Source of the DNA: Eledone cirrhosa
Lineage: Eukaryota
DNA length: 64,000 nt
Reading direction: 5' to 3'
Assembly (NCBI GenBank): GCA_964016885.1
Contig: OZ024765.1
Span: 5,456,001 to 5,520,000, forward strand
The translations under genes were made by a program, and so were the position numbers. How positions within the stretch are numbered: the first letter of the stretch is position 1; each line of letters opens with the position of its first letter. The notes below the pieces were generated by a model that did no database searches, was not told the origin of the DNA, and saw only the letters and a list, made by a program, of their open reading frames with translations. This document shows positions 39,486-54,221 of this stretch, in pieces.

Positions 39486-41743
39486 CCCTTTAGAATTTAC
39501 ATTACTCTATATATACTATTGTATTGTCACAGTAAAGGCTTTACCTCACATAATATCTCACATAACATTTACATTACTCTATATATACTATTGTATTTTC
39601 ACAGTAAAGGCTTTACCTCACATAATATCTCACATAACATTTACATTGCTCTATATATACTATTGTATTTTCACAGTAAACGCTTTACCTCACATAATAT
39701 CTCACATAACATTTACATTACTCTATATATACTATTGTATTTTCACAGTAAAGGCTTCACCTCACATAATATCTCACATAACATTTACATTGCTCTATAT
39801 ATACTATTGTATTTTCACAGTAAACGCTTTACCTCACATAATATCTCACATAACATTTACATTACTCTATATATACTATTGTATTTTCACAGTAAAGGCT
39901 TTACCTCACATAATATCTCACATAACATTTACATTACTCTATATATACTATTGTATTTTCACAGTAAAGACTTTACCTCACATAATATCTCACATAACAT
40001 TTACATTACTCTATATATACTATTGTATTTTCACAGTAAAGGCTTTACCTCACATAATATCTCACATAACATTTACATTACTCTATATATACTATTGTAT
40101 TTTCACAGTAAAGGCTTTACCTCACATAATATCTCACATAACATTTACATTACTCTATATTTACTATTGTATTTTCACAGTAAAGGCTTTACCTCACATA
40201 ATATCTCACATAACATTTACATTGCTCTATATATACTATTGTATTTTCACAGTAAAGGCTTTACCTCACATAACATTTACATTACTCTATATATACTATT
40301 GTATTGTCACAGTAAAGGCTTTACCTCACATAATATCTCCCATAACATTTACATTACTCTATATATACTATTGTATTTTCACAGTAAAGGCTTTACCTCA
40401 CATAATATCTCACATAACATTTACATTACTCTATATATACTATTGTATTTTCACAGTAAAGGCTTTACCTCACATAATATCTCACATAACATTTACATTA
40501 CTCTATATATACTATTGTATTTTCACAGTAAAGGCTTTACCTCACATAATATCTCACATAACATTTACATTACTCTATATATACTATTGTATTTTCACAG
40601 TAAAGACTTTACCTCACATAATATCTCACATAACATTTACATTACTCTATATATACTATTGTATTTTCATAGTAAAGGCTTTACCTCACATAACATTTAC
40701 ATTACTCTATATATTCTATTGTATTTTCACAGTAAAGGCTTTACCTCACATAATATCTCACATAACATTTACATTACTCTATATATACTATTGTATTTTC
40801 ACAGTAAAGGCTTTACCTCACATAATATCTCACATAACATTTACATTACTCTATATTTACTATTGTATTTTCACAGTAAAGGCTTTACCTCACATAATAT
40901 CTCACATAACATTTACATTGCTCTATATATACTATTGTATTTTCACAGTAAAGGCTTTACCTCACATAACATTTACATTACTCTATATATACTATTGTAT
41001 TGTCACAGTAAAGGCTTTACCTCACATAATATCTCCCATAACATTTACATTACTCTATATATACTATTGTATTTTCACAGTAAAGGCTTTACCTCACATA
41101 ATATCTCACATAACATTTACATTACTCTATATATACTATTGTATTTTCACAGTAAAGGCTTTACCTCACATAATATCTCACATAACATTTACATTACTCT
41201 ATATATACTATTGTATTTTCACAGTAAAGGCTTTACCTCACATAATATCTCACATAACATTTACATTACTCTATATATACTATTGTATTTTCACAGTAAA
41301 GACTTTACCTCACATAATATCTCACATAACATTTACATTACTCTATATATACTATTGTATTTTCACAGTAAAGACTTTACCTCACATAATATCTCACAAA
41401 ACATTTACATTACTCTATATATACTATTGTATTTTCACAGTAAAGACTTTACCTCACATAATATCTCACATAACATTTACATTACTCTATATATACTATT
41501 GTATTTTCACAGTAAAGACTTTACCTCACATAATATCTCACATAACATTTACATTACTCTATATATACTATTGTATTGTCACAGTAAAGGCTTTACCTCA
41601 CATAATATCGAATCTATGAGATTTTGAAAGTAGTTATATTGAGAGCAATACCTTAACATCAGTTTGAGCGACCAGTTACAGCCAGTTTCAACAGAAAAGG
41701 TAGAGAATTCTGGCCGGTTTTGGCCGGTTTGAACACTAAAGGG
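39486..41743 (+). mobile_element. piggyBac-type MITE with ~30 internal 72/60-bp satellite units
   Basis: TTAA (39482-39485) | CCCTTTAG...CTAAAGGG | TTAA (41744-41747); empty-site paralog at 43866. Confidence 0.9.
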
Positions 41744-42053
41744 TTAATATTTAATGTAATGCAGTCATATTGTTTGTTAATTCAAATGTTTATAGTATCT
41801 TTACTAGTAGACACCAATACTATATTAAGGGGCAGTGGACTGGTAGATTGTCAAACAACATACTTTATGACCTAGGGTTATGGCCCCCTCACAATCTGAG
41901 TTCAAATCCCGCCGAGGTTAGCTTTGCCTTTCATCCTTACAGGGGTTTGATATAATCATCATCATCATTATGAGTGCTATGTTAATCATTTAGTCAACAC
42001 CACCACCATTACCATCATCATCATCATCACCACCATCACTATTATTAGCATTA

Positions 42054-42225
42054 GGGCGGTGAAATTGGCAGAATCGGTAGAGCATCGAACACAATGCTTT
42101 GTAGCACGGAGTTACGTCCCTTTACATTCTGAGTTGAAATCGCACCGAGGTTAACTTTGCCTTTCATCCTTACGGGGTAGATAAAATAAAGTACCAGTAA
42201 TGCATTGGGGTCGATTTAATCAACT
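42054..42225 (+). mobile_element. SINE family 2 (a more degraded copy lies at ~41830-41945)
   Basis: Similarity to 23075-23265. Confidence 0.8.
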
Positions 42226-42343
42226 CATCAGAAACCAATATTTAATGAAATTCCCTTTTAATGTTGTTTTCTAGTTATCTTGATAACACACACATACACA
42301 CATACACACATACACACACATATACACACACACACACACACAT

Positions 42344-42374
<31 letters not shown>

Positions 42375-42451
42375 TACACATACGCACACACATACACATA
42401 CACACATTCACCCATACACACACAGACATACACAAACACACACGCATACAC

Positions 42452-42497
<46 letters not shown>

Positions 42498-42699
42498 CCA
42501 GGAAAAGTCAAGTAGTACAAGAGGAAGAGGTACGGAAGAAAGTGGAGGAGGTTTTAAGACTTCTCTCTCTCTCACCTCATCTTCTCTCGCTCCCTTCATC
42601 CCCCTCATAAACCCCACCCTCTTTGCCCTTCCCTCACCCCAGCAGCTGTAAATTTGTCTGTACACTATTGTGTGTTGTTTCTCTTAAAGACAGCTGCAC

Positions 42700-43800
42700 C
42701 TATAGACCTGGTCGCTAGATATGCTAGAAATAGCAGTTGCAAACCCTATAGACCTGCTCGTTAGATATGCTAGAAATAGCAGTTACAAACCCTATAGACC
42801 TGGTCGCTAGATATGCTAGAAATAGCAGTTGCAAACTCTATAGACCTGCTCGTTAGATATGCTAGAAATAGCAGTTACAAACTCTATAGACCTGGTCGCT
42901 AGATATGCTAGAAATAGCAGTTGCAAACTCTATAGACCTGCTCGTTAGATATGCTAGAAATAGCAGTTACAAACCCTATAGACCTGGTCGCTAGATATGC
43001 TAGAAATAGCAGTTGCAAACCCTATAGACCTGCTCGTTAGATATGCTAGAAATAGCAGTTACAAACCCTATAGACCTGGTCGCTAGATATGCTAGAAATA
43101 GCAGTTGCAAACTCTATAGACCTGCTCGTTAGATATGCTAGAAATAGCAGTTACAAACCCTATAGACCTGGTCGCTAGATATGCTAGAAATAGCAGTTAC
43201 AAACCCTATAGACCTGGTCGCTAGATATGCTAGAAATAGCAGTTGCAAACCCTATAGACCTGGTCGCTAGGTATGCTAGAAATAGCAGTTACAAACTCTA
43301 TAGACCTGGTCGCTAGATATGCTAGAAATAGCAGTTACAAACCCTATAGACCTGGTCGCTAGATATGCTAGAAATAGCAGTTACAAACCCTATAGACCTG
43401 GTCGCTAGATATGCTAGAAATAGCAGTTGCAAACTCTATAGACCTGGTCGCTAGATATGCTAGAAATAGCAGTTGCAAACCCTATAGACCTGGTCGCTAG
43501 GTATGCTAGAAATAGCAGTTACAAACTCTATAGACCTGGTCGCTAGATATGCTAGAAATAGCAGTTGCAAACTCTATAGACCTGGTCGCTAGATATGCTA
43601 GAAATAGCAGTTACAAACCCTATAGACCTGGTCGCTAGATATGCTGGAAATAGCAGTTACAAACTCTATAGACCTGGTCGCTAGATATGCTAGAAATAGC
43701 TGTTACAAACTCTATAGACCTGGTCGCTAGATATGCTAGAAATAGCAGTTACAAACTCTATAGACCTGGTCGCTAGATATGCTAGAAATAGCAGTTGCAA
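42700..43800. repeat. 46-bp minisatellite (~24 units)
   Basis: TATAGACCTGGTCGCTAGATATGCTAGAAATAGCAGTTRCAAACYC; the first ~10 units alternate two variants. Confidence 0.95.
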
Positions 43801-44435
43801 ATGTTTATAGTATCTTTACTGGTGGACAGATTGTTGTGAAAATTTACAGTATTACAGTAAAGACTTTAATATTTAATGTGATGCAGTCATAGTGTTGTTT
43901 TGTACTAAATGTTTATAGTATCTTTACTGGTGGACAGATTGTTGTGAAAATTTACAGTATTACAGTAAAGACTTCAATATTTAATGTGGTGTAGTCAGAG
44001 TGTTGTCTTGTATTTTTCAAGATTGTCTTGCTGAGGTAGATTCATGGTGTTTGTTAATTTAAATGTTTAAACCTAGTGGTATTTGAATTCAGAACAATGT
44101 AAAGCGTTGTAACTATGACTCAAAGCATTTTGTTCCATTCTCTCTCCAATACTGCTGATCCTCAGTCTTTGCCAATCCATACTTCTTATTAAGGCACAAG
44201 GCCAGGAGCAGGAAAGTTGATTACATTGTCACATATATAACTGGTGGAGGGGAAGGCAGGTATTCTGTATTGCTGCATAATGTCACTATTTCAATCAACC
44301 CCAGTATGTTACTGGTATTCTACTTTATTGATCTCGGCAATATTTGAACTGAGAAAGTAAAAGTGCCAAAACAGCCAATCCATGTGTGTACATGTGACTA
44401 TGTGTGTGTGTGTGTGTGTGTGTGTGTACATGTGA

Positions 44436-44479
<44 letters not shown>

Positions 44480-45140
44480 CTGTGTATGTGGTGTGATGTC
44501 TACATATGTATGTATATACATATGTGTGGTGTATGTGACTCTGTATGTGGTGTGTGTGTCTACATATGTATGTACATATATATGTGTGTATATATATATA
44601 TATATGTATGTGCATGTGTGTGTATATATATATATGTACGTATATATATGTGTGTGTATATATATATATATATATGTATGTGTGTATATATATGTGTATG
44701 TATGTGTTTATGTATGTGTGTATATATATGTGTATGCATATATATATATGTGTGTTTATGTATGTGTGTATATATATATATGTGTATGTATATATATATG
44801 TGTGTTTATGTATGTGTGTGTATATATGTGTGTGTATATATATATATATGTGTATGTATGTGTGTATATATATATATATATATGTGTATATATATATATA
44901 TATGTGTGTATGTATGTGTATATATATATATGTGTGTATGTATGTGTATATATATATATATATGTGTATGTATGTGTATATATATATGTGTGTATATATC
45001 TGTGTATATATATATGTGTGTGTATATATATGTGTATGTGTGTATATATATATGTGTATATATCTGTGTATATATATATATATATGTGTGTGTATATATA
45101 TGTGTATGTGTGTATATATATATATGTGTGTATGTATTTA

Positions 45141-45203
<63 letters not shown>

Positions 45204-46134
45204 ATATCTGTGTATATATATATGTATGTGTATGTATATATCTGTGTATATATATATATATATGTGTATATATATATATATATGTATATATGTGTGTGTA
45301 TGTGACATTAGAAATGACAGTGGACAGGAATGATGTTTCTGTTTGATGCCAACAGAAGAATGAGGCAAAAGAAACAAAGAGACAAAGAAAAAAAAATAAA
45401 GCTCAGAAACTTCGGAAGATAATGAAAGGGTTTTGTAAGAAAGAGAGGAAATTGAGAGATTTCGCTAGTATATCACCGCCTTTATGGAAATGAAGGTGAA
45501 CAACTTCCATAAAACATGGTACAGCAACTATCATGTGGCCATCTTCACTTCTCTCTCTCTCTATCTCTATCTATCTAACTCTCTCTCTCTCTCTCTCGCT
45601 ATCTACCTATCTAACTCTCTCTCTCTGTCGCTATCTACCTATCTAACTCTCTCTCTCTCTCTCTCTCTCTAGCTATCTACCTATCTAACTCTATCTATCT
45701 ATCTACCTAACTCTCTCTCTCTCTCTCTCTCTATCTAGCTATCTACTTATCTAACTCTATCTCTCTCTCTATCTAGCTATCTACTTATCTAACTCTATCT
45801 CTCTCTCTAGCTATATAACTCTCTCTCTCTCTCTCTCTAGCTATCTAGCTATCTAACTCTATCTATCTATCTACCTCTCTCTCTCTCTATCTATCTACTT
45901 ATATAACTCTCTCTCTCTCTCTCTCTCTCTCTCATCTATCTATCTACCCCTCTCTCTCTATCTAGCTATCTACCTATCTAACTCTCTCTCTCTATCTACC
46001 TACCTATATACCTCCCCCCCCTCTCTCTATCATATATCCACTTTCACTGCTCTCTGCCTCTTACTCTCTCTTTCTCCCTCACTCTCCAATTATCCATCTA
46101 CAATCTATATATTCATCTTTACCTCTGTTTTTGC

Positions 46135-46195
<61 letters not shown>

Positions 46196-46227
46196 TAAAC
46201 ATAAAAAATATATATAGACATACACAC

Positions 46228-46287
<60 letters not shown>

Positions 46288-46369
46288 GTAAACATAAAAA
46301 ATATATATAAACATACACACATATATATATATATATACACACATAAACATAAAAAATATATATAGACAT

Positions 46370-46412
<43 letters not shown>

Positions 46413-46852
46413 TAAACATAAAAAATATATATATATATATACACACAGACATACACACATATACATATATATATATATACACACACGTAAACATAAAAAA
46501 TATATATAGACATACACACATATACATATATATATATATATATACACACACGTAAACATAAAAAATATATATAGACATACACACATATACATATATATAT
46601 ATATATACACACATGTAAACAAAAAATATATATAGACATACACACATATATATATGTATACACACACATAAATATAAAAAATATATATAGACATACACAC
46701 ACATATATATATACACACATAAATATAAAAAATATATATAGACATACACACGCATATATATATATACACACACATAAATATAAAAAATATATATAGACAT
46801 ACACACACACATATATATATATATATATACATATACATAAATATATAAATAT

Positions 46853-46903
<51 letters not shown>

Positions 46904-46989
46904 CAAAAAGCAAACAGAAATAACAAAGCAAACAGCACAGTATAATGAAGAAATATATTAGTTTTATGTTTGATATAGTAGGGAACGAG

Positions 46990-47025
46990 TCTTAACCTTT
47001 CAAACGCTAGTCCTTCATCAGAAAA
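46990..47025 (-). ncRNA. Minimal, degenerate Penelope-type hammerhead motif
   Basis: Minus strand: TTTT CTGATGA AGGACTAGCGTTT GAAAGGTT AAGA. Confidence 0.5.
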
Positions 47026-47264
47026 TAGAATGAGAAAGTAAAGGAGAAAAAAAAGAGAGAGGAGACGTGCAGTGGCAGAAATGGAAAAAAAGTTTTTTTT
47101 AGAGGAAAATAACAGGTCCATTGATGTTGCCATCTCTTGTAAAACTGTTGATGCTGGTGGTTTGTGTATAATATAACTTGTTTTAACAGGGGATGATGGA
47201 GCACATATATCTGAAAGGGAAGATAACGTTTTGTATATAGAGCTGTATGTGTATACATGTATGT

Positions 47265-47585
47265 GTGTGTGTGTGTGTGTTACTATATGTTCCTACGAAG
47301 CTAAGAGGATATGTGTGTGTGTGTTACTATATGTTCGTACGAAGCTAAGAGGATATGTGTGTGTGTGTTACTATATGTTCGTACGAAGCTAAGAGGATAT
47401 GTGTGTGTGTGTTACTATATGTTCGTACGAAGCTAAGAGGATATGTGTGTGTGTGTTACTATATGTTCGTACGAAGCTAAGAGGATATGTGTGTGTGTGT
47501 TACTATATGTTCGTACGAAGCTAAGAGGATATGTGTGTGTGTGTTACTATATGTTCGTACGAAGCTAAGAGGATATGTGTGTGTA
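47265..47585. repeat. 44-bp tandem repeat, 7 copies
   Basis: TACTATATGTTCGTACGAAGCTAAGAGGATAT(GT)n at 47281, 47325, 47369 and onward. Confidence 0.95.
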
Positions 47586-47960
47586 TATGTAAGTAAAAGA
47601 GTGTGTGCTTGTATGTATGAAGCTGTGAGCAAAATATGTGTATGTAAGGGAGGGTGTGTATATAAAGTGCTGTGAGGGTAAATGGAGAGGTTTGGGTGCA
47701 TATTTAGTTGGTCTGTATCAGCCGTAAGAGTGTATGTTTCTGGCTATAAGAGAGCCAAAGGAACTGAGGGGGGTGAAAGTACACATGTGTATGTGACAAT
47801 AGTCGGTAAATGTAACGGTGGCAAGGGTTAGAGAAGCACGAGTCTATGTGTGTAAAACTAAAGAAATTGGGGAGGGGAGTTGAGTCCTTCGGGGAAACGG
47901 GACCCAAGACAGAAAATCAGACTCTGCTCTGTCCTGGTGTATATATATATATATATATAT

Positions 47961-48360
47961 ATGTAGGAGGTGAGTTTTATTGTAGTACAATAAAGCAATG
48001 CAGATATCGGATAAGAAGCACTCTACAGTTTGTGGGACTGGAGTATACATAATATAAGATCAAAAGATGGTTAAAGGAGTTCCATGTATTTTATTATGCG
48101 CATTTCAAAAACAAACATCATCATGCAATAATATTTGTGTTTTCATCAGATAAAACAGGAGGACATGATATGAAGGCTAAAAAACACTTGTGGATGTTGA
48201 TTTAAAACTGAACTATCCACAAGTGTTTTTTAGCCTTCATGTCATGTCCTCCTGTTTTATCTGATGAAAACACAAATATTATTGTATGATGATATTTGTT
48301 TTTGAAATGCGCATAATAAAATACATGGAACTCCTTTAACCATCTTTTGTTCTTATATAT
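47961..48360. mobile_element. HHR family B element, second head-to-head copy in (TA)n; HHRs at 48089-48155 (-) and 48255-48321 (+)
   Basis: Same sequence as 21384-21812 but inversion junction at ~48195. Confidence 0.85.
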
Positions 48361-48393
<33 letters not shown>

Positions 48394-48494
48394 CGATAAT
48401 AACAGCACATGCATATAGGAGAAGAATGAACTCTGATGTTAATTTAACCGTGAAACCCCTCCTGGGTCCTGTATTGATCACTTTTTTGTTTTCC

Positions 48495-48537
48495 ATGCCC
48501 TTGATAAGCCCATTCCGGGTGAAACGTACGTAGGCAC
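48495..48537 (+). ncRNA. Compact hammerhead motif with U3-A8 core
   Basis: TGCC(C) TTGATAA GCCC ATTCC GGGT GAA ACGTACGT A^ GGCA; palindromic stem III; stem I needs a 1-nt bulge. Confidence 0.6.
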
Positions 48538-48683
48538 ACTGTTATATAAACATGTTCTAACGGTTTTAAACTCTTTGTATTCATTTCTTTTATATATATG
48601 TATATATATATACTATCCTGGGATAACTTGAACCATTAAGGTATATTATCCTTGGTTATGTCAAATATTTATAAAACACTTTG

Positions 48684-48745
48684 TATTTTATCTGATGATA
48701 GCGTACCAAAGTTTTTGGTACCCTTGAAATATATATAATAGAATA
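48684..48745 (+). ncRNA. Type I hammerhead (family C)
   Basis: TATTTTAT CTGATGA [GTACCAAA/TTTGGTAC] GAA ATATATAT A^ ATAGAATA. Confidence 0.65.
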
Positions 48746-48902
48746 AATATGGTTTTATAAATATAGTTTCCATTTATTTAATATCATTGTATATTATACT
48801 TCAGAAAATCTGTTGAGTGCTCTGAATCAGTTATAAACATTTATATTTGTTGAATTACCAACAAATTGAATATCCCTTCTGCTTATATATACATATATAT
48901 AT

Positions 48903-49240
48903 CATCATCATCTTCATTTTACAACCGCTTTTCCCTGCTTGCAAGGGTGGGACAGGAACTGATTCTGGCTTGATTTCTACAGCTGGATGCCCTTCCTAAC
49001 ACCAACCTCATTTACAGTGAGTGCTGGGTGCTTTTTTGCCGTGGCACCTCCACGACCACTTTGCAGTGGAATGATAGGGACCCCAGTCCCTATCATCTCA
49101 TTTCTACAGCTGAGTAAACTGGAGCAGTGTGAAATAAAGTGTCTTGCTCAAGGAAACAACACATCACCCGGTCTGAGAATTGAACTCACAACCTTTCCAT
49201 TGCAAACCCAATGTTATAACTACTAAGCCATGTGCCTCCA
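48903..49240 (-). mobile_element. SINE family 1, full length
   Basis: Matches 17552-17892. Confidence 0.88.
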
Positions 49241-49297
49241 TCTATATATATATCCATCTATATAAATATATATCCATCTATATAAATATATATATAT

Positions 49298-49512
49298 CTA
49301 AAGTCTAAAGTCTGTCTTAAGCCAGAAGACCCATTTGGTCGGTGCTTATCTAGGTTTGATGGTGTGAAGCAACTGAGAGTACAAGACTCTACCCCCACCC
49401 CTGGACAGGACGCCAGTCCAGCGCAGGGTTAAACCACCTGCTATTGCTGCTACTCATTTTCAGCTCAGTATACTGGAGCAGCGTGAAATGAAGTGTTTTG
49501 CTCAAGAACACA
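49298..49512 (-). mobile_element. SINE family 3 body and tail
   Basis: Reverse complement of ~61340-61545. Confidence 0.75.
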
Positions 49513-49694
49513 AAACTATTCTCTCCCAGTTTGAATTCCTCCCTAATTCCTGTCTTTGCTAAAAATCCCCCCCCCCCCCCCCCACCTCAGCCCCCTGGAA
49601 AATCACGTGACTCCCATTTGTAAAACACTTCATCCGCATGTTGCTGACACCAACACAACAGCACAGCTGCTCTAGTTGTCTCCCCTCCCCCTCA

Positions 49695-49729
<35 letters not shown>

Positions 49730-49760
49730 CATGCACTCACATGACACACATTTAATATAT

Positions 49761-49801
<41 letters not shown>

Positions 49802-51334
49802 CATGCATATGTCTATCCACATATATATATATATATATATATACATACATGCATATGTCTATACACACACATATATATATATATATACACATACATGCAT
49901 ATGTCTATATACATGTGTATTTATACATATTCATATACAGAATTACTCATAATACACACATATACATACACTCACATACACACAGATATGCACACACAAA
50001 CACCTGCTTACATACATACACGCACTCATACAAAATGCATTAACACACATACATATACACATGTACTTATATATATATATATATATACATATATACATGG
50101 TGGCTGCCAACTCGTTTTCGAGTACGGCCACTACTTTATATCCATGTAGGAGAACCCCTACCGATGCGCTGAACGAGTGTGACTTTTTAGTCCAGCCAGC
50201 GACTTGAAAACTCTGGTACAAACACTACACTTGTGACAATTATTGACACATAGTGCTGGGCCCATGGTACCATGTGACGACAAGTGCAGAGAGATCTCCA
50301 GATATAAAGCAATGCCTGTGCCGTGAAGCTTTTATAGTGAGCAAAGGCACTGCACAAAGCCAGTCCCACTCTCTTAACCAAGATGTTATTTACCAAAAAG
50401 AAGAACAAGTCAACATCATTGGATACCATCAGGGTTGCAGGTGTTATATCAGAGTTTTCCTTCTCCTAGAATTCTGCCTTGACAAAGGCTAAGGGGTCAT
50501 CTCTCCCAGTGATATTGGATGGCCATTGACTCTTAAGAGCTCCTTTGCCCTTTGACAGGTTTTGTTTTTAGTCCTGCAGGATGTCCAAAGTCACCCTCCT
50601 CACCAAGAAACGTTGGTGGGGTTGCCAGTTTAGTCGCCAACGACCCGACCATGAGACAGGTTGTACTGGGATACATGTTACCAGTAGCACCAACTGGTGA
50701 CCTATACATATATACATACGTACATACATACATATACATGTACTTATATATATATATATATATATACATACGTACATATACATATACACATGTACTTATA
50801 TATATATATACATATATACATATGTACATACATACATACATATACATATACACATGTACTTATATACATATATACATACATACATACATACATACGCACA
50901 TATACATATACACATGTACTTATATATATATATATATATACATACATACGTACATATACATGTACTTATATATATATACATATGTACATATACACATGTA
51001 CTTATATATACATATATACATACGTACATACATACGTACATATATATATATACATATATACATATATACACGTACATACACGTACACATATGTACATAGA
51101 CACACATACATGTACAGCATCATCTACTTAGGGTTAGAGAACCCAGCTGAAATCCAACTTAAAACCCTGATCCCGCCCTTCACTATCCCCTCTTTATGGT
51201 TGGGTTGTCAACATTAAAAAGGGGTCTTGAAGATTTCTTAAGGTTCACAACAGCAGCAGCAGCAGCAGTAACAACAACAACACCAACATTAACAACAACT
51301 ATAAAAATAACATCTACAACACCAACAATAACAT

Positions 51335-52240
51335 ACACACACATCTTAACACACATCTTAACACACATCTTAACACACTTCTTAACACACATCTTAACAC
51401 ACATACACACACATCTTAACACACATACACACACATCTTAACACACATACACACACATCTTAACACACATACACACACATCTTAACACACATACACACAC
51501 ATCTTAACACACATACACACACATCTTAACACATACACACACATACACACACATCTTAACACACATACACACACATCTTAACATACACATACCCACACAT
51601 CTTAACATACACATACCCACACATCTTAACACACACATACACACACATCTTAACACACACATACACACATACACACACATCTTAACACATACATACACAC
51701 ACATCTTAACGCACACACACACACATCTTAACACACATACACACACATCTTAGCACACATACACACACATACACACACATCTTAGCACACATGCACACAC
51801 ATCTTAGCACACATGCACACACATCTTAACATACACATACCCACAGATCTTAACATACACATACACACACATCTTAACACACACATACACACACATCTTA
51901 ACACACATACACACACATCTTAACACACATACACACCCATCTTAACATACACATACACACACATCTTAACATACACATACCCACACATCTTAACACACAC
52001 ATACACACACATCTTAACACACATACACACACATCTTAAGACACACATACACACCCATCTTAACACACACATACACACATCTTAACATACACATACACAC
52101 ACATCTTAACACACACATACACACCCATCTTAACACACACATACACACATCTTAACATACACATACACACCCATCTTAACACACATACACACATCTTAAC
52201 ATACACATACACACACATCTTAACACACACATACATACAC
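51335..52240. repeat. ~20-22 bp minisatellite ACACACATACACACACATCTTA
   Basis: Direct reading. Confidence 0.92.
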
Positions 52241-52977
52241 ATATTGATGATGGTGGTGGTGATGGTGTTGGTCGTGGTGGTGATGGTGATGGTGGTGGTG
52301 ATGGTGATGGTGATGGTGGTGGTGGTGGTGGTAGTGATGGTGATGGTGTTGGTGGTGGTGATGGTGTTGGTGGTGGTGGTGGTGATGGTGTTGGTGGTGG
52401 TAGTGATGGTGATGACAAACAAAAAAAAACATTTTTGATTTCACTTTAAAAACTTTTTTTTTTCCATGAAAAATTTTAAAATGATATTTTTTCCATTTAT
52501 AATTAAAAACAAATTAATATTTGATGTATTAAGGCTAGGGAGTGGTGGTGGTATGGTGGTGGTATGGTGTTGGTGGTGGTATGGTGGTATTGCGGTGGTA
52601 TGGTGGTATGGTATGGAGATGGTGGTATGGTGGTGTTGTGGTGGTGGTGGTGTGGTGGTGGTATGGAGATGGTGGTATTGTGGTGGTGGTGGTATGGTGG
52701 TGTGGTGTTGGTGGTGGTATGGTGTTGGTGGTAGTGATGATGGTGGTGGTATGTTATGGGGGGTTTAGTGTAGGGATCATGTATTGGACCCTGGCACAAG
52801 CACTTGAAAAGAAACATTTGCCAAAATGTTGAGGGTTGTCCAAAACCTAAACGAGTGTCAACCTATTACAAATGAATGTTTATAGAGAAACTTGCCCAAG
52901 GTAACAACTCTAGTTGTTGAAAGATAGTTACAATTTGCCTCAAACCCACCCAGAGACAGCTCAAAGTCAGACAAGAA

Positions 52978-53575
52978 ATGAAAAATCCAGCTGGAACTCC
53001 CAAAGAATCCATTTCAAAGTCCAAAAATGTCTTTAATGGCTGATCGTTTAAACCTGACGACTGGGCCAGAGAACAGCATTTATGGCATCGATTATTTCTG
53101 AGGGTGGGACTGACATAGACGCCACAACTCTCTCCAAGAATAGTAGCAGACGTGCAGCTAAGAAGATCAGAACTGTAGGGGGCTGAACACATAAAGGAAC
53201 AATTTGCTGTACCAGACTTTGTTACCTTGCATTGGGATGGCAAAATAATTCCTGGTGACCACGAGAGGCTAGGTGTGCTAGTTGCTGAAAATCCGGACTT
53301 CAGAGAAGGTAAACTCCTCAGTGTTCCCATAATTCCTGATGGCACTGGAACCACCCAAGCCAAAACATCATTTGATCTTGTTAAAGATTGGAATGTTGAT
53401 GGGTCTGTGGTGGGCTTGGTCTTCGACACAACTGCTTCGAATTCTGGATGGAAAAATGGTGCCTGCCTGAAACTAGAAGAGATGCTCAACAAAAAGGTGT
53501 TTTATTTTGTTTGTCGGCACCATGTTATGGAGCGTATCTTGTGTGCAGTATGGAAACAACTATTCGGAGCAATGT
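52978..53575 (+). pseudogene. hAT-superfamily (hATm-like) transposase fragment with two +1 frameshifts
   Basis: LHWDGK...GTG...FDTTASNSG...GAC..LE...CRHHVME motifs; upstream MADRLNLT / QRTAFMASII...TTLSKNSSRR joins via frameshifts at ~53066 and ~53180. Confidence 0.8.
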
Positions 53576-53991
53576 CGGTCGATACTGCTTGAGCTCTGCC
53601 GTCGGGGTCAAATATATATATATATATATATATATGTCAAATATATATAGGTGTGCCTGTGTGTGTATATATATATATATATAGGTGTGTGTGTGTGTGT
53701 GTGCCTGTGTATATATATATATATATATAAATATAGGTGTGCCTGTGTGTGTGTATATATATATATATATAGGTGTGTGTGTGTGTGCCTGTGTGTATAT
53801 ATATATATATATATAGGTGTGCCTGTGTGTATATATATATATATATATACGTGTGTGTGTGTGTGCCTGTGTGTATATATATATATATATATAGAGGTGT
53901 GTGTGCCTGTGTGTATATATATATATATATATATAGGTGTGACTGTGTGTATATATATATATATATATATATAGGTGTGTGTGTGTGTGCC

Positions 53992-54030
<39 letters not shown>

Positions 54031-54121
54031 GTGTGTGTGTGCCTGTGTATATATATATATATATAAATATAGGTGTGCCTGTGTGTATATATATATATAT
54101 ATAGGTGTGTGTGTGTGTGCT

Positions 54122-54154
<33 letters not shown>

Positions 54155-54170
54155 GTGTGTGTGTGTGTGC

Positions 54171-54201
<31 letters not shown>

Positions 54202-54221
54202 AATATGTTTATTCATGGATT

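Noticed and set aside
39439-41627. 726-aa and 702-aa ORFs
   Set aside because: Translations of 72/60-bp satellite units, which are multiples of 3 without stops in two frames, inside a MITE
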